From Octopus sinensis (Eukaryota), in assembly GCF_006345805.1 (NCBI RefSeq), contig NC_042998.1, positions 188,294,001 through 188,358,000 of the forward strand: 64,000 bases of DNA, read 5' to 3'. The translations under genes and the position numbers were made by a program. Position 1 is the first letter of the stretch; each line of letters starts with the position of its first letter. This document shows, one piece after another, positions 12,696 to 26,188 of this stretch. Below the pieces are notes generated by a model. The model saw only the letters and a program-made list of their open reading frames with translations, did not search any database and was not told the DNA's origin.

Positions 12696-13321
12696 CAATG
12701 TGTACATATGCATAAATGTGCATGAGTATAAATATTTGAGCGTGGATGAGAACATTTTTAAGTATGCGCCTACAGGCTTTTGCTTAATTAAATATTTAAA
12801 TATAAGAAAACTATATGAAATATTGCAGAAAGCGATAGCTATACATGCACTTTAGTTTCAGTAATCATATAATTAGGACTTTAATAAAATCAAAGAATTA
12901 CTTACGTTTTTATGGTATTCTGCCACCAAATTCGATACTGAGATCACCATTCATGTCATTGAGCACTGTCCCTGTCGCTATAATGAAAGTTGCAGCGTCA
13001 GTGACTCCAAGAATTTTCAGACATCAGTAACCGTCACTGGCTAACTCGAAGAAAGCTGATAACTCGCACAATTGTCGAATACTTAGCCTCAGCGTGTCCC
13101 TGGAATCTTCTACATCTTGCGGTCGTACTCTGTGATGAAAGCCATATGAGTGTATTTGTTAACACATGACATTTACGATTACGTACAGAAATACATACGC
13201 AAATACACACATATATATGTATACATATCTGCGTCTATACAAATATATACTTATATGCCATATATATATATAAATATATAATGTATATGTATGTATGTAT
13301 ATGTATACGCATGTATGTATG

Positions 13322-13355
<34 letters not shown>

Positions 13356-13407
13356 TGTATGTATGTATGTATGTATGTATGTGTGTATGTATACATACAT
13401 CTATATC

Positions 13408-13620
13408 TTCTTTCTTTTACTTGTTTCGCTCATTAGACTGCAGCCATGCTTGAGGAATTTTTAGTCGAATTAATCGACCAGGACATATTTTCTTTTTAAG
13501 TCTGATACTTATTCAGTTGGTCACTCTTACCGAACCGCTACATCATGGAACTTAGACACGCTGGTTGTCAAGCAGTGCAGGGGGGAAAACATCGACACAA
13601 AGACACACACACAAACACAC
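13408..13620 (-). mobile_element. SINE family B, degenerate 3' half
   Basis: cttttacttgtttc...gcagccatgct...ggttgtcaagc matches the family B tail. Confidence 0.8.
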
Positions 13621-13748
13621 ATTGAGAAAAAGGAGGCAGTCAGAATTTGGGATAATCCTTTATTACCACTTTCGTTCGTTTTTTGAAAAACGAACGAAAG
13701 CGCTCATAAAGGATTATCCCAAATTCCGACTGCTTCCCTTTTCTCAAT
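13621..13748. repeat. 128-bp fold-back palindrome (MITE-like hairpin)
   Basis: ~63-nt arms ATTGAGAAAA...TTCGTTCGTTTTT and AAAAACGAACGAAAG...TTTTCTCAAT; almost no loop and few mismatches. Confidence 0.9.
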
Positions 13749-13793
13749 ATACAATATTTGTACACCACTTCAGACACTCTATACATACACACA

Positions 13794-13843
<50 letters not shown>

Positions 13844-13884
13844 AAATCTGTGTGTATCTATCTATATTCTTTTCTTCTTTTCTT

Positions 13885-14235
13885 TTATTATTTTATTTGT
13901 TTCAGTTATCTGACTGCGGTCATACTGGGGCACCGCCTTTAGTTGAGCGAATCTACCCTAGGACTTATTCCTTGTAAGCTTAGTACTTATTCTATCGGTT
14001 CTTTTGTCGAATCACTCAGTAAGGAGGACTTAAACACACCAACATCGGTTGTCAAGCGATGGTTGGGTACAAGCACATGCATACAAATACATATATACGA
14101 CGAGTTTCTTTTAGTTTCTGTCTGTCAAATCCACTCACAAAGCTTTGGTCGGCTCGAGACTATAGAGGCCCAAGGTTCCACGCAGTGGAACTAAAACCGA
14201 AACCATGCATTTGGGAATCAAGCTTCTTACCACAC
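13885..14235 (-). mobile_element. SINE family B, diverged near-full copy
   Basis: Tail, core and head (ccacgcagtggaact...caagcttcttaccac) are recognisable. Confidence 0.85.
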
Positions 14236-15408
14236 ATCCAAGTTTAATACCGGTTAAAATTGTTTCAAACCACATTATACATAAACGATTATGCGTGATA
14301 AATCGTCTTTTATAAAAATGCATAGTTAATAACTCTTGAAGATGATGCTTTCTACACTATTTCAATCATGTGCATTTTATACAAGGCTGGGACAATTGTA
14401 ACCGCTATTATATTTATACATATACCTTCATCTTTGTTAATTTCAGTACAAAAATCTGTCTGCACATTATCCCAAGAATTGAATGTTTTCATTAAAAAAA
14501 TTCATAAATATCAGTTACTTTTAAATAATGACGGCAAAACATGCGAATAACAATATTTAGATAAATTTTACGAGTTCTTTAAATAGAATATTTTATTTAT
14601 GCTGCATGGCATTATATTGCATAATTTCTGCTCTTTGCCCAGTAACCGCCTTGTATACACTCAATTCATTGTTGTGCACTATCAATAACAGGTGTGTATG
14701 CACTCTGAGTCGCCTTCTTACGTTAAGATTATTTTGCAAGTGATCCTAGTATCATTCTGGCAATGATATCATGCTTCATAAAACTGTAAAATATAACAGT
14801 TTATTTACTGTGAAGTAAATATTTCATGACACTTAAAAAAATATTAATTTGTTTAAAGGACAAAAAAGAATAATTATTAGTCATCTTGGTTTATGAGTTG
14901 CATATACAATCATCTGCATTAATTTATGCAAAATAGGCTAATCAAATCTCTGGTGATATTTTCCCCTCTCCTCTTAATCAACACAGATTCAGATATTTTC
15001 TTTGCATAATTAGAGAAGTTTTCTACTTGGAATTTTCTATATTTGATATGTCCAGTAGAACTGGTTTTCAGTACATAGTAATTGAAATCGTTTTAAAGAG
15101 ATGTGTGCTGACGTCATAATTTTATTACTTTTTTTTTCTCTCATCCTTGACTTGTTATTTTACTGGTGTTACTTTAGTCATATAAAAAGAAAATCAAACA
15201 TTGCGAGGTTTCCTTTTATGATGTATGTTTGTTTAACTATGTGTTTGTGTGTACTGGTGCGCACTGACGTGTATTCCCATGTCCCAAGTCAGCTGAGCAC
15301 AGTATTTAGTCAACAATAGCCATTTGTCAAAAGGACACAGGGTACACAAAATGTAACTTCCAGTATTTTCACATCAACACATAATCACACATTTATAAAG
15401 GAGGGAGA

Positions 15409-15568
<160 letters not shown>

Positions 15569-15629
15569 CATACATACACAATTCATACATACATTCACAT
15601 ATACACACATCGTTATATATGTATAAACT

Positions 15630-16320
15630 GAATATATGTCATTATTCAGTTTATTTCAAGATTTCTTGCCAATAGAGAAAGAATCATTTTCTAACCTAGA
15701 TCCAAGGTTCCTTCATTGAAATTTCAACATCAAGAACAGGGTATTTTTGTTTGTATGTATGTATGCATGTATATAAGAATGTGCAGACTTGTATGTTTTA
15801 TTGCATGTATTCTCATGCATATAGTTATATATCTAGAGATGTTCATATATATGTTTAAATGATAAACTTCTGGAAAGCTTTACAGATTTTTATAGTTCGA
15901 ATTAGCTTTCTCCTTTCTGGTTTTGAGAAGCCTAGTTTCTCAAGATCGGTATTTAGGCAGCATGTTACATATCCGAGGGCCCCAATAATTTCAGGTATAA
16001 ACCTGAACTTGTAATCTGTATAGGGCAACTGCAGATTTCTCAATAGTTAATCATTGATGTTCTCTTTTTCACTGATCTTCAGCTTTATGTTAACATCCAC
16101 CGGGTAACTAATTTCCACAACTGTGCACAGTTTCTCTTCTCTATCCCAAATCATTATATCAGGTCTGTTGTGCTTACATTTTATTGAGGTCTTCACTGGT
16201 GCATTTCACCAGTATTCCTTTTTATTATGAGTGGCTATGGCTTCTACCATATCGTGGGCTTTTATTTCTTTGTCCTCGGGATTATCCTTCCGACAGATTT
16301 CATTACAGAGCGTCCTAGGT
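15630..16320 (-). mobile_element. RLE-type non-LTR retrotransposon, 5'-truncated, with 3' UTR
   Basis: Minus strand: EICRK...KEYW*..VKTSIKCKHNRPDIMIWDREEKLCTVVEISYPVDVNIKLKISEKE...YKFRFIPEIIGALGY (PD-(D/E)xK nuclease motif), then a 3' UTR ending near aataatgacata. Confidence 0.88.
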
Positions 16321-16415
16321 ATGTACGTACGTATGTATGTATGTATGTATGTATGTATGTATGTATGTATGTATGTATGTATGTATGTATGTATGTATGT
16401 ATGTATGTATGTATG
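16321..16415. repeat. (TATG)n array directly 5' of the RLE fragment (minus-strand (CATA)n)
   Basis: Directly visible. Confidence 0.97.
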
Positions 16416-17215
16416 TTGTTGTCGTCGTCGTCGTCGGTACATTTCGATTTATAAAAGACATTAAAGTATCTATGAAAAACAAACTCCGTCTCACAGCCTA
16501 AACAAATTATAAAAATAAAAGATCTGTGCCAATTTCGACGACGAGAAGTTCAATTTTTCACTGAAATAATGTGTAATACGGTCAGTATACTACGAAAAAT
16601 TAGTATCCTTAATTTTTAGATAGAAACTGCTCAATGCAATGTGACAAAACTGGCGCCTTTGAATTACAAGTATACGCCATCCAGCTGTCGTCATCAAAGT
16701 TTCAATCTATCTACCGTTTTTAACTTTACGCGCCCAATAGACCACGCAGTGGGATCACACTCGGAATCTTCTGTTTGAAAAGAGACTTATTTAAACCGCA
16801 CGATTATAATAGATTGTGCTTGTAATCAAAGATCCGGTTGTATCACTCATTCTGATTGCGCTCGAGAGTGTTCATAGTTATTCTTTCAGCGACATCAGTG
16901 CTTTCTCTTAGACCAGTCGACTTCAGATATTCATTCAAAAATATCGCAATGTCTGTTTATTTATTCTAAGACAACATGACATCATTATTCATACTGTTAT
17001 AACAAATAAACATGGATTCAGACCTGACAACTACTTTGCTTGTCTTTAGACAAAATTATATCATTGCATATTCTTAGACACGATTACATTTAGATACAAC
17101 GTTGCTCAGTATAAAATATAAGTACATACTGAAGTTTAACGGTATCACTGGAAATTTTGATATTAGAGTAAATCATTGCTCAATTTGAAGGATGAAGATA
17201 CCGATGTTCCCGGCA

Positions 17216-17249
<34 letters not shown>

Positions 17250-18281
17250 TAATAATAATAATAATAATAAGAATGAATGGAACGGGACAATGGTGCAACA
17301 ATCTCTACTTTGTTCGATACTTTCATTATGTTTTCGGTTTTTTTTTGTTATGAAGATACGAAGACAAAACATATTGAGAAACTTCCTGTTGAGGATAAGA
17401 TTTACCAAACATCTGGGGGTGTTAAATAAGAGATTCAAGTTAAAAAGATTTCCTCTGGCACCCTAATGTTATAATCACAAGTGGCATTGAGTATTGCAAT
17501 AAGCTTAATCTATATTAGGAAATAAAAATCCAAACCCTTTAATTTGGATGCCCTTATCTGAAAGTTTTATTTCACAATTAAAATAATATTTAATATTCTA
17601 TCTATTCTGGCATATTCTTTAGCATGTTTCGCATTTTATTTCAGATTATGTCCACACAACATACGATCTATATTTTCTTTATATTTTGTTGCTTTCTTTT
17701 CTGATTCCAGGCTTCAGTCACCCATCTGCTCTGTACACCCCTCCCTCTGTCATTATCCCATCATCTTAAGCTATCAATTCACACAATCCGTTTATATATA
17801 CATACATATCTCTATAGTTCCCATGTGTTCTCTTTCACTGTCAGTTGCAGACATGTACACATGTATATTCTAACGCATACACATATGTCCTCCCCACACT
17901 CTTTCTCTCTTCTCTTTCTCCCTCTTCCTCAATATATATGCGTGTGTTTGTGTATGTATGTATGTATGTGTATTTGCGTGCGTGTGTGTGTACGAGGCAA
18001 AGTTCCCTTGTATTTGCACGTACATATAAGTGTATGCACATGCGTAAGAAAATGTGCGCTCTTTATTCTTTACGAGAGATTAATTTATTTCAGACTAGAC
18101 CTAGATTAAAGTTAGCCATAAGTCATATATGGTTTCTTTTATCATGTTGCTTCCGGTGCATTCTCTACCTTTTTTTCTGGTTTTCAATTTAATCAAAAAT
18201 TCTTTGAGTTTCTAAATAATATGTTTGGTATTAGACCAAGAGCGGAGATTCGAGAATAAGCAATATTGTTTTAAAAAGTAT

Positions 18282-18294
18282 GCTGCTGCTGCTG

Positions 18295-18355
<61 letters not shown>

Positions 18356-18436
18356 CACTACCACTACCACTACTACTACTGCTGCTGCTGCTGCTACTAC
18401 TGCTACTACCACCACCACCACCACCACCACCACCAT

Positions 18437-18469
<33 letters not shown>

Positions 18470-18470
18470 A
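18282..18470. repeat. Compound trinucleotide array (GCT)n(ACT)n(ACC)n
   Basis: Directly visible. Confidence 0.97.
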
Positions 18471-18880
18471 AAACCAGATATTTTACAGAAATATACTTAG
18501 ACATAGGGTTATTCATATCTTTCACATGGCTATAGGCTTAGTAAATGAAATTATTTGGTTAAAATACTGGATTGAAGCAATTTCTCTGTGATGGCCAATA
18601 ATAACAACAATAATATTTAGACCTAATTTGTTGGTTTATACGTGTGAAATAAGAGCGTGTAATGTTCATGCTAAGTGAGACAAAATTGCTCCATCCGGGA
18701 ATCGGCACAGGGAACCTAAATTGTCTTTGAGTCTCACTATAATTAAAAAAATATAAAGTTAAAAGAAAAGGCAAAGGAAATAGGTCATTACCCTGGAATT
18801 AATAAATTATAATATCATAAATATTATACAAATAAGTTCAAGATATGTTATGTCTATAGCCATTAATTAAAAAAAATTAC

Positions 18881-19065
18881 GTGTGGCTGCGGGGTAAGAA
18901 TCTTGCTTCCCAAGCACATGGTTCCGGGTTCAGTCCCACAGCGTGCGACCTTGGGGAAGTGTCTTCAACTATAGCCGCCCTTGTGAATGGATTTGGCAGA
19001 CGGAAACTGAAAAGAGCCCGAGATAAGTATATATATGTATATATATATATATATATCTATGTATG

Positions 19066-19142
<77 letters not shown>

Positions 19143-19143
19143 G

Positions 19144-19207
<64 letters not shown>

Positions 19208-19229
19208 TATACACATATATATATATATG

Positions 19230-19279
<50 letters not shown>

Positions 19280-19585
19280 AATGAATGTATATATATGTAT
19301 GTATATATATATGTGTGTGTATATATATATATATGTGTGTGTGTGTGTATATATATATGTATGTATGTATATGTGTGCCTTTCTGTTTGTCCTCTCGTCA
19401 CCGCTTGGCAATCACCGCTCTACATCCCCGTAACTTAGCGGTTTTGCAAAAGAGACCGACAGAATAAGTACTAGACTTTTAAAAAGAGGTCTTGGGGTCG
19501 ATTTGTTCAACTAAAATCCTTCAAGGCGGTGCTACAGCATGGTCGCAGTCAAATGACTGGAAGCAATAAAAGAGCAAAAGGATAG
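18881..19585 (+). mobile_element. SINE family B with a ~350-bp expanded internal (TA)/(TG) microsatellite
   Basis: Head 18881-19020, microsatellite 19025-19375, tail 19376-19585. Confidence 0.9.
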
Positions 19586-20495
19586 AAAATACACATTTAT
19601 AAATTGCAAATATATACATACACACATATATTTTCGAGGCGTATGTTACGCCGAGTGGATGACATCCTGTGTTCCTAACAAATGCTTTCTTCCTTCTCTA
19701 ATGTTCGAGTGAAACCAAAGCTTATAATATTATTAGATGGAGGTTTTAATAAAAATTGCCTGTTTCTGCTGAAAACCTAGGCTCATCAGTTCCGGTCAGT
19801 TTAAATGTATCAGTCACAGAATAGCATTGTAACTGGTACTAAATCTGTGAAGATATGGAGAATATGAAATGAGTTGATTGCTTCCAATTTAAATCTAATT
19901 GATATTTTCAAACATTGGTCGTTATTTCGTTTCCATTTCCGCCTACCTGGAGACCAAAGTAGATATCGGTTCGAAGAACTTAATGAAATGTAGCTATTGT
20001 AATAATATCTGGTTTTGTGGTGGAAGAAAATAATTACTTTTGAATCATAATTACTGCTTAACCCACAGATATTGCTGAAATACGGAACTCTGTTAAGTAG
20101 TGATCGGTATTTAATAAAACATTTAGGCAGGCACCACATTGAGCCTTCCATCTCCTTCACTCGACAGATGATCCTCTTAAGGGAAGTCATGTAACTGATA
20201 CAATCAACTTCGCAGAGAAAACAGTGAGGTTAATAACTATGTAATTTGAAAGCAAAACAATATCTGACAGAAAATAAAGGATTCACAAAAAGTATAGACG
20301 CATGCATTGTGAATATATTTGACGTAATCGTAGATTCCTTTCCTGTTACTGAAATCTTGGGATTATATATTAATCTGTTCCGTTTGTTTCCGATCTTTTG
20401 ATTAAGAAAAGAAAAAAAGAGAGGATTGGCCACTATTATTTGAAACATTCCATTTCTCAAGTTAAAATCCACGGAGGAATTACATTTCATATATG

Positions 20496-20526
<31 letters not shown>

Positions 20527-20534
20527 ATGTATAC

Positions 20535-20608
<74 letters not shown>

Positions 20609-21469
20609 TGAGAGATAGGGAAAGGAGAGAGATGCCTCTCGTATGAGCAATTCACTTGTTCATTAAATTCTGTTTAACTAAACTCTACGGGGCAGCTTAT
20701 CGAATAACACTTTTCTTAAATATTCGGATTAAGATATTTCCCAGAGTAAAAGTCAAAAGATAAATTGTCAAGAGAGAAAGTAGAAAAAGTTTCCCTAAAA
20801 TCTATAGGATCTACTTCATCATAAATGATTGTGGAATCAAATGTCACAAATATATCAAACAGTAAGAGAAGGGTAAACTTTTCTAATGCTCCATCATAAT
20901 ATTTCCAATCATTTTAAATTCCTCTTCCACTAGCTGAGAGAATTTTCAGCTCTTGAAGGTTTTACATAAATACCACGAGTATTCAATGCTAGTTCATATA
21001 TCCTCGGAGCCTTTGTGAGACGGTTAACTATTCAATCTTCAACAAAAGTTAAGCAAACTTGACACTGTCAGTAAAGCCCTACAAAAATATTTTACTATGC
21101 ATATTGTCCTTCCCCCCCAAATTTTTCTGGTATGTATAAAGGCACTGTATTGGGGTCACAGTTTGCTGCGTCCGCCTTAATTAAATGTAATTCCGTTTTT
21201 AGATTTAGGACGGTATTTTATTTACTCTCAGATTAGGATTCCTTTTCATATTATTGGGCTAAATCCACTCAGAAATAACCTGATTTTTAAACTGTTTACT
21301 AATTTTCATTTCACTCTCTGCTTTTAATTCGACACTAGTTGGTTACAATCTCATATTTCACTGCATCTCCATGCGTATCATGTGGTGACAACTAGAGTGT
21401 AGTTGCTAAAATGCGCTTTCGTCAAATACGTGTATGGTTTAGGCAGCATGAAGATTATATGGAAAGCGC

Positions 21470-21949
21470 TGAGGTGGCGAGCTGGCAGAAACGTTAGCAC
21501 GCCGGGCGAAATGCTTAGTAGTATTTCGTCTGTCACTACGTTCTGAGTTCAAATTCCGCCGAGGTCGACTTTGCCTTTCATCCTTTCGGGGTCGATAAAT
21601 TAAGTACCAGTTCACTGGGGTCGATGTAATCGACTTAATCCGTTTGACTGTCCTTGTTTGTCCCCTCTGTGTTTAGCCCCTTGTGGGTAGTAAAGAAATA
21701 TATATGGAAAGCGCTGAGGTGGCGAGCTGGCAGAAACGTTAGCACGCCGGGCGAAATGCTTAGTAGTATTTCGTCTGTCACTACGTTCTGAGTTCAAACT
21801 CCGCCGAGGTCGACTTTGCCTTTCATCCTTTCGGGGTCGATTAAATAAGTAGTAGTTACGCACTGGGGTCGATATTATCGACTTACTCCGTTTCTCTGTG
21901 CTTGTTTGTCCCCTCTGTGTTTAGCCACTTGTGGGTATTAAAGAAATAT
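21470..21949 (+). mobile_element. Head-to-tail dimer of SINE family A
   Basis: Two ~232-bp copies; the 13-mer ATATGGAAAGCGC occurs at 21457, 21702 and 21950. Confidence 0.93.
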
Positions 21950-22632
21950 ATATGGAAAGCGCCTAATTCGCATCGATCTAGTTCACATGACTCCACTGTA
22001 ATTGCAATAAATTATTTATGTCTATGAATAGTAGAAGTACTGTAAAGTAGACGTGTTGCCACGTTGGAAATAATCAGTTATTGATGATTGCCTGAAATCA
22101 CCCCCTTTTGATCCCGTTTGTCATCATGGATATCATTACTTACAATCACTTATGTAACTTGTTTTGATTCTTTCTTTTGGCATGGGTAATGAAATTAAAA
22201 TTGAGTATTTTACCGTTAGAGAACTGGGGAATATAATTTTGCTATTCGCAGAGGTGTATAGTGTCTTACTACATGCAGATGCCAAAGAATAATTTCGTCA
22301 CATTATGGAATTTGGACAAAAAAACACAAACAAACAAAAGAAAACAAAAACTAAAAAAAACATGGCTGTTATCAAGGAAGAATCTTGTACTTCGCACAGT
22401 CATATGAAGACCGCTATACTTGCATGAGTAATGTGGCCTTTATAATTCTATTTTCAGTGTACAGGTTGTACGGTAGCAGAAAGCTTTGGTATCATGTCAG
22501 GAAAGATTTAAACTAATAGCGTAATCGTTGTATTCTATATAACTATTTTGGCTAGTAGAGAGCCGCAATCTTATATATATATATATGTATGTACTTGTAA
22601 CATGTAGTATTATTCTCATTATTAGTATTGTG

Positions 22633-23020
22633 TGGAGGCGCAATGGCCCAGTGGTTAAGGGCAGCGGACTCGCGGTCATAGGATCGCGGTTTCGATTCCC
22701 AGACCGGGCGTTGTGAGTGTTTATCGAGCGAAATCACCTAAAGCTCCACGAGGCTCCGGCAGGGGATGGTGGTGATCCCTGCTGTACTCTTTCACCACAA
22801 CTTTCTCTCACTCTTACTTCCTGTTTCTGTTGTACCTGTATTTCAAAGGGCCGGCCTTGTCACTCTCTGTGTCACGCTGAATATCCCCGAGAACTACGTT
22901 AAGGGTGTACGTGTCTGTGGAGTGCTCAGCCACTTACACGTTAATTTCACGAGCAGGCTGTTCCGTTCATCGGATCAACCGGAACCCTCGTCGTCGTAAC
23001 CGACGGAGTGCTTCCACACC
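22633..23020 (+). mobile_element. tRNA-derived SINE family C, full length
   Basis: A-box TGGCCCAGTGG, B-box GGTTTCGATTCC; 12-bp TSD ATTAGTATTGTG (22621, 23021). Confidence 0.93.
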
Positions 23021-23726
23021 ATTAGTATTGTGACAGGCGTATAGTGACATCTGTGCTGTAGATTTAATAAAAATATAGCAATAGTTTAAAGAAAAGTATA
23101 AAAAAATAAGTAAGACAATCAATTATTTAATCATTAGATATTAATTAAATTAATTACTCTTAAGATCTGATTTCATTTGGTTATCCCTTTTTAAAAGTTG
23201 GTATAATGTGCATATATCATTACTATCTTTACTTTTGCGGTGAAAAAGGATTGGTATATTATAGATATGCCATCTGTTCTTACATTCTAGTGTTTTCCGT
23301 CGAGTTTTCTAAATTAGGCTAAGTGGGACAGCAAGCAGCTTTAATGTGATTTGGGAACAGATATGGGAGATAAAGAGAGAAAAGATCATAAGTACGTAAC
23401 CTAAAACGCATTAATTTAACAACAAACGTATTTATTAAACAAATAGCTCAGTATATAAGTTGGAGGACTGGAGTATCTCGAATTACACAAGTGGAAAACT
23501 TTACCTATACCCCCTTTTTCTATTTGTTTTTACACGCATATAAAAAGCTGCAGTCACCTCTTAAGAAAACACGCAGTCTTGTTTCTTAATTTTAACAAAT
23601 ATCGGCAACATAGCTTCTTAGGAGATGTCACTTAATCCAGCAGTAGTAGTTGTCGGAATCGCAATATCTGCAGTAGTTTTAATAAGAGTAAAGGGTTAGA
23701 AGTATTTAGTTGTTTATATCGCAAAC

Positions 23727-24118
23727 GTGGAGGCGCAATGGCCCAGTGGTTAGGGCAGCGGACTCGCGGTCGGAGGATCGCGGTTTCGATTTCCAGACCG
23801 GGCGTTGTGCGTGTTTATTGAGCGAAAACACCTAAAGCCCCACGAGGCTCTGGCAGGGGGTAGTGGCGACCCCTGTTGTACTCTTTCGCCTGAACTTTCT
23901 CTCACTCCACTCTTACTTCCTGTTTCTGTTGTACCTGTATTTCAAGGGGCCAGCCTTGTCACTCTCTGTGTCACGCTGAATATCCCCGAGAACTACGTTA
24001 AGGGCGCACGTGTCTGTGGAGTGCTCAGCCACTTACACGTTAATTTCACGAGCAGGCTGTTCCGTTGATTCGGATCAACCGGAACCCTCATCGTCGTAAC
24101 CGACGGAGTGCTTCCACA
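23727..24118 (+). mobile_element. SINE family C, second full-length copy
   Basis: Highly similar to 22633-23020; 11-bp TSD ATATCGCAAAC (23716, 24119). Confidence 0.93.
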
Positions 24119-24799
24119 ATATCGCAAACATGTATAAACTACGCATACACGTCCCACCCCACCTCACACAGTCACACACGAATAAATACAGGCACGCATA
24201 TATTTACACGATGAACGGAAACAGAGACGTGAGAAATTCCGAGGAGACTTTACTCTTTCAAATGCTCAGAGTATTCCGCCTCTTATATTTATATTTCTAA
24301 GTAGGCTTCTGTTACCACTCATTTAATAACAAATTTTTAATTTGACATATACCTTGTTTACTCAGCAATGGCATCTATTTACTTTTGCAAACGTCAATGC
24401 GCGAAGCGCTGAAATAAAATAGGCTCTCAGCGTCTAAAGATAGTTGATATGTACCTATACAAAACTATAATTATGATCATATGGCACCTGCTGGAAACTC
24501 CTCAATTAGAAACGTTCCGTAGGTCCTCTTTTAAAACTTATATGGTTGATGAATCGCAGTCTATTTGCGAAGAGCAGATGTTGAATACATTGCAAAAATT
24601 AGTAAATGGAAACTGTAATTCACTCCAATTCATCTTAGAATCTAGCATATTTACTATCATATGTACTTTAATCCATCGATGAAAGTGACAAGAGATGAGT
24701 CGAGTAGAGATTAAGGATCACATCAAAAATTAATGTTCTGCTCATTTGACAAATGAAGACGGAGACAGTAGAGTGGTTAATAAGTTGTTGGTGATGATA

Positions 24800-25182
24800 T
24801 CTCTCTCTATATAAACGGCAGTTTGTCTGTCTGCGTGTCTGTGTGTCTGTTAGGTTGTACCCTCACCCTGACCATGGCTTTCAACCGATTCTGATGAAAC
24901 TTGATACACACATAGCCCAATGTCATAATTCAAAACTAACGCAGCGAAAATTTTGAAAAGTTCCCCCAGTTCTGAAAAAAATCGATAAATTCGACATGGG
25001 GTCGAGAATCAGAAACACAAACCACAGACTGTCTAGGGGACGCAACTCGACCTTTTTAACTCTCAAAAAAATTTGCCATCATTTTTCCCCCATTTTTTTG
25101 CTATTTTTTGGCTATAACTCTCTAAAAATGTTTTATAGTTATTTCCCTTACAAACCCGAGCAACGCCGGGCGATACTCCTAG
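24800..25182 (+). mobile_element. Non-autonomous Helitron
   Basis: Lies between A and T, begins 5'-TC, has subterminal hairpin CCCGAGCAACGCCGGG (25155-25170) and ends CTAG (25179-25182); no TSD. Confidence 0.8.
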
Positions 25183-26120
25183 TTGATTATGAAGTTGTTA
25201 GGGGTTGCCGTGTTAGCTCTGATGACATATGTTGGAAATATTTCCGTTAATACGGAATCGACACTAACAAATATGTTTGTTTAATGCAAATTCTCGATGC
25301 CATATATTGAAAAGTATCCCCGTTTCTTATGCATTTATTTCTTTTGAAACGTAATTTTGGTCTCTTGTAAATCCATTCCGGCATGACAAGTCTCCCCCCC
25401 CCCAAAAAAAAACCCCCAAAACATACAAAGCAACCAAACAGGCAAAATTAATAGGTAGAAACATTACAACTATTAAGTATATAAACAAATGATAAAAGTT
25501 ACTATTTTATATAAAAATAAATGGTGTCAGACTACGAAAGGATAACACTCAGGAGCATCAGATTACTAATTTCCAGCTGCAATACTATGGCTCAGAGAGA
25601 CAGGGAGAGGGAGAGAGTGTGGGGAGGGAGTACCTCCTCCTCACATCCTTATAATCTTGTACCAACCCTTCTTTTATGATAGACTGAAGCTTGAACTCTC
25701 ATCAGAAGGATTAAAATGTCAAGGTAACTGTACGATATTTAATGAAATATCCCTTGAGATTTCAAGGTTACAAGATTCGCCTAAGGCCTCTTTCCACAGT
25801 TTCTTTCTCCCTCCCACTTTCTCAATGTATGTGTATGTGTGTATGTGTGTGTATGTGTGTATATATGTCCCTGTGTACACATCTATGCATGATGTATGTA
25901 TTTATAAATACATACGAATATATATAAGAATAAGAATGCATGAAATATGAGCATAAATGTATATATGCATATATACATGTACACACGTGCACGTGTTTCT
26001 GTTTTGGCTGAGTGTGTGTATGTGTGTATGTGTTTGATATTTAATTACAACTATATGTGATAATGTTTACATACACACACACACATGAATATATGTATAA
26101 GCACACATACATATATTTAA

Positions 26121-26188
<68 letters not shown>

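Noticed and set aside
17711-17770. Strong acceptor followed by (G)FSHPSALYTPPSVIIPSS*, a possible terminal exon
   Set aside because: Too short to assess, with no recognisable homology; polypyrimidine-AG tracts are common here.
19745-19795. CUGAUGA...GAAA on the minus strand
   Set aside because: No stem III or NUH and no stem I pairing.
21457-21962. Repeat-spacer-repeat pattern superficially like a CRISPR array
   Set aside because: The spacers are two copies of the same SINE, the context is eukaryotic, and there are no cas genes.
21470-24118. tRNA-like A/B boxes in SINE heads
   Set aside because: They continue into SINE bodies with TSDs and do not form complete cloverleafs, so they are not tRNA genes.
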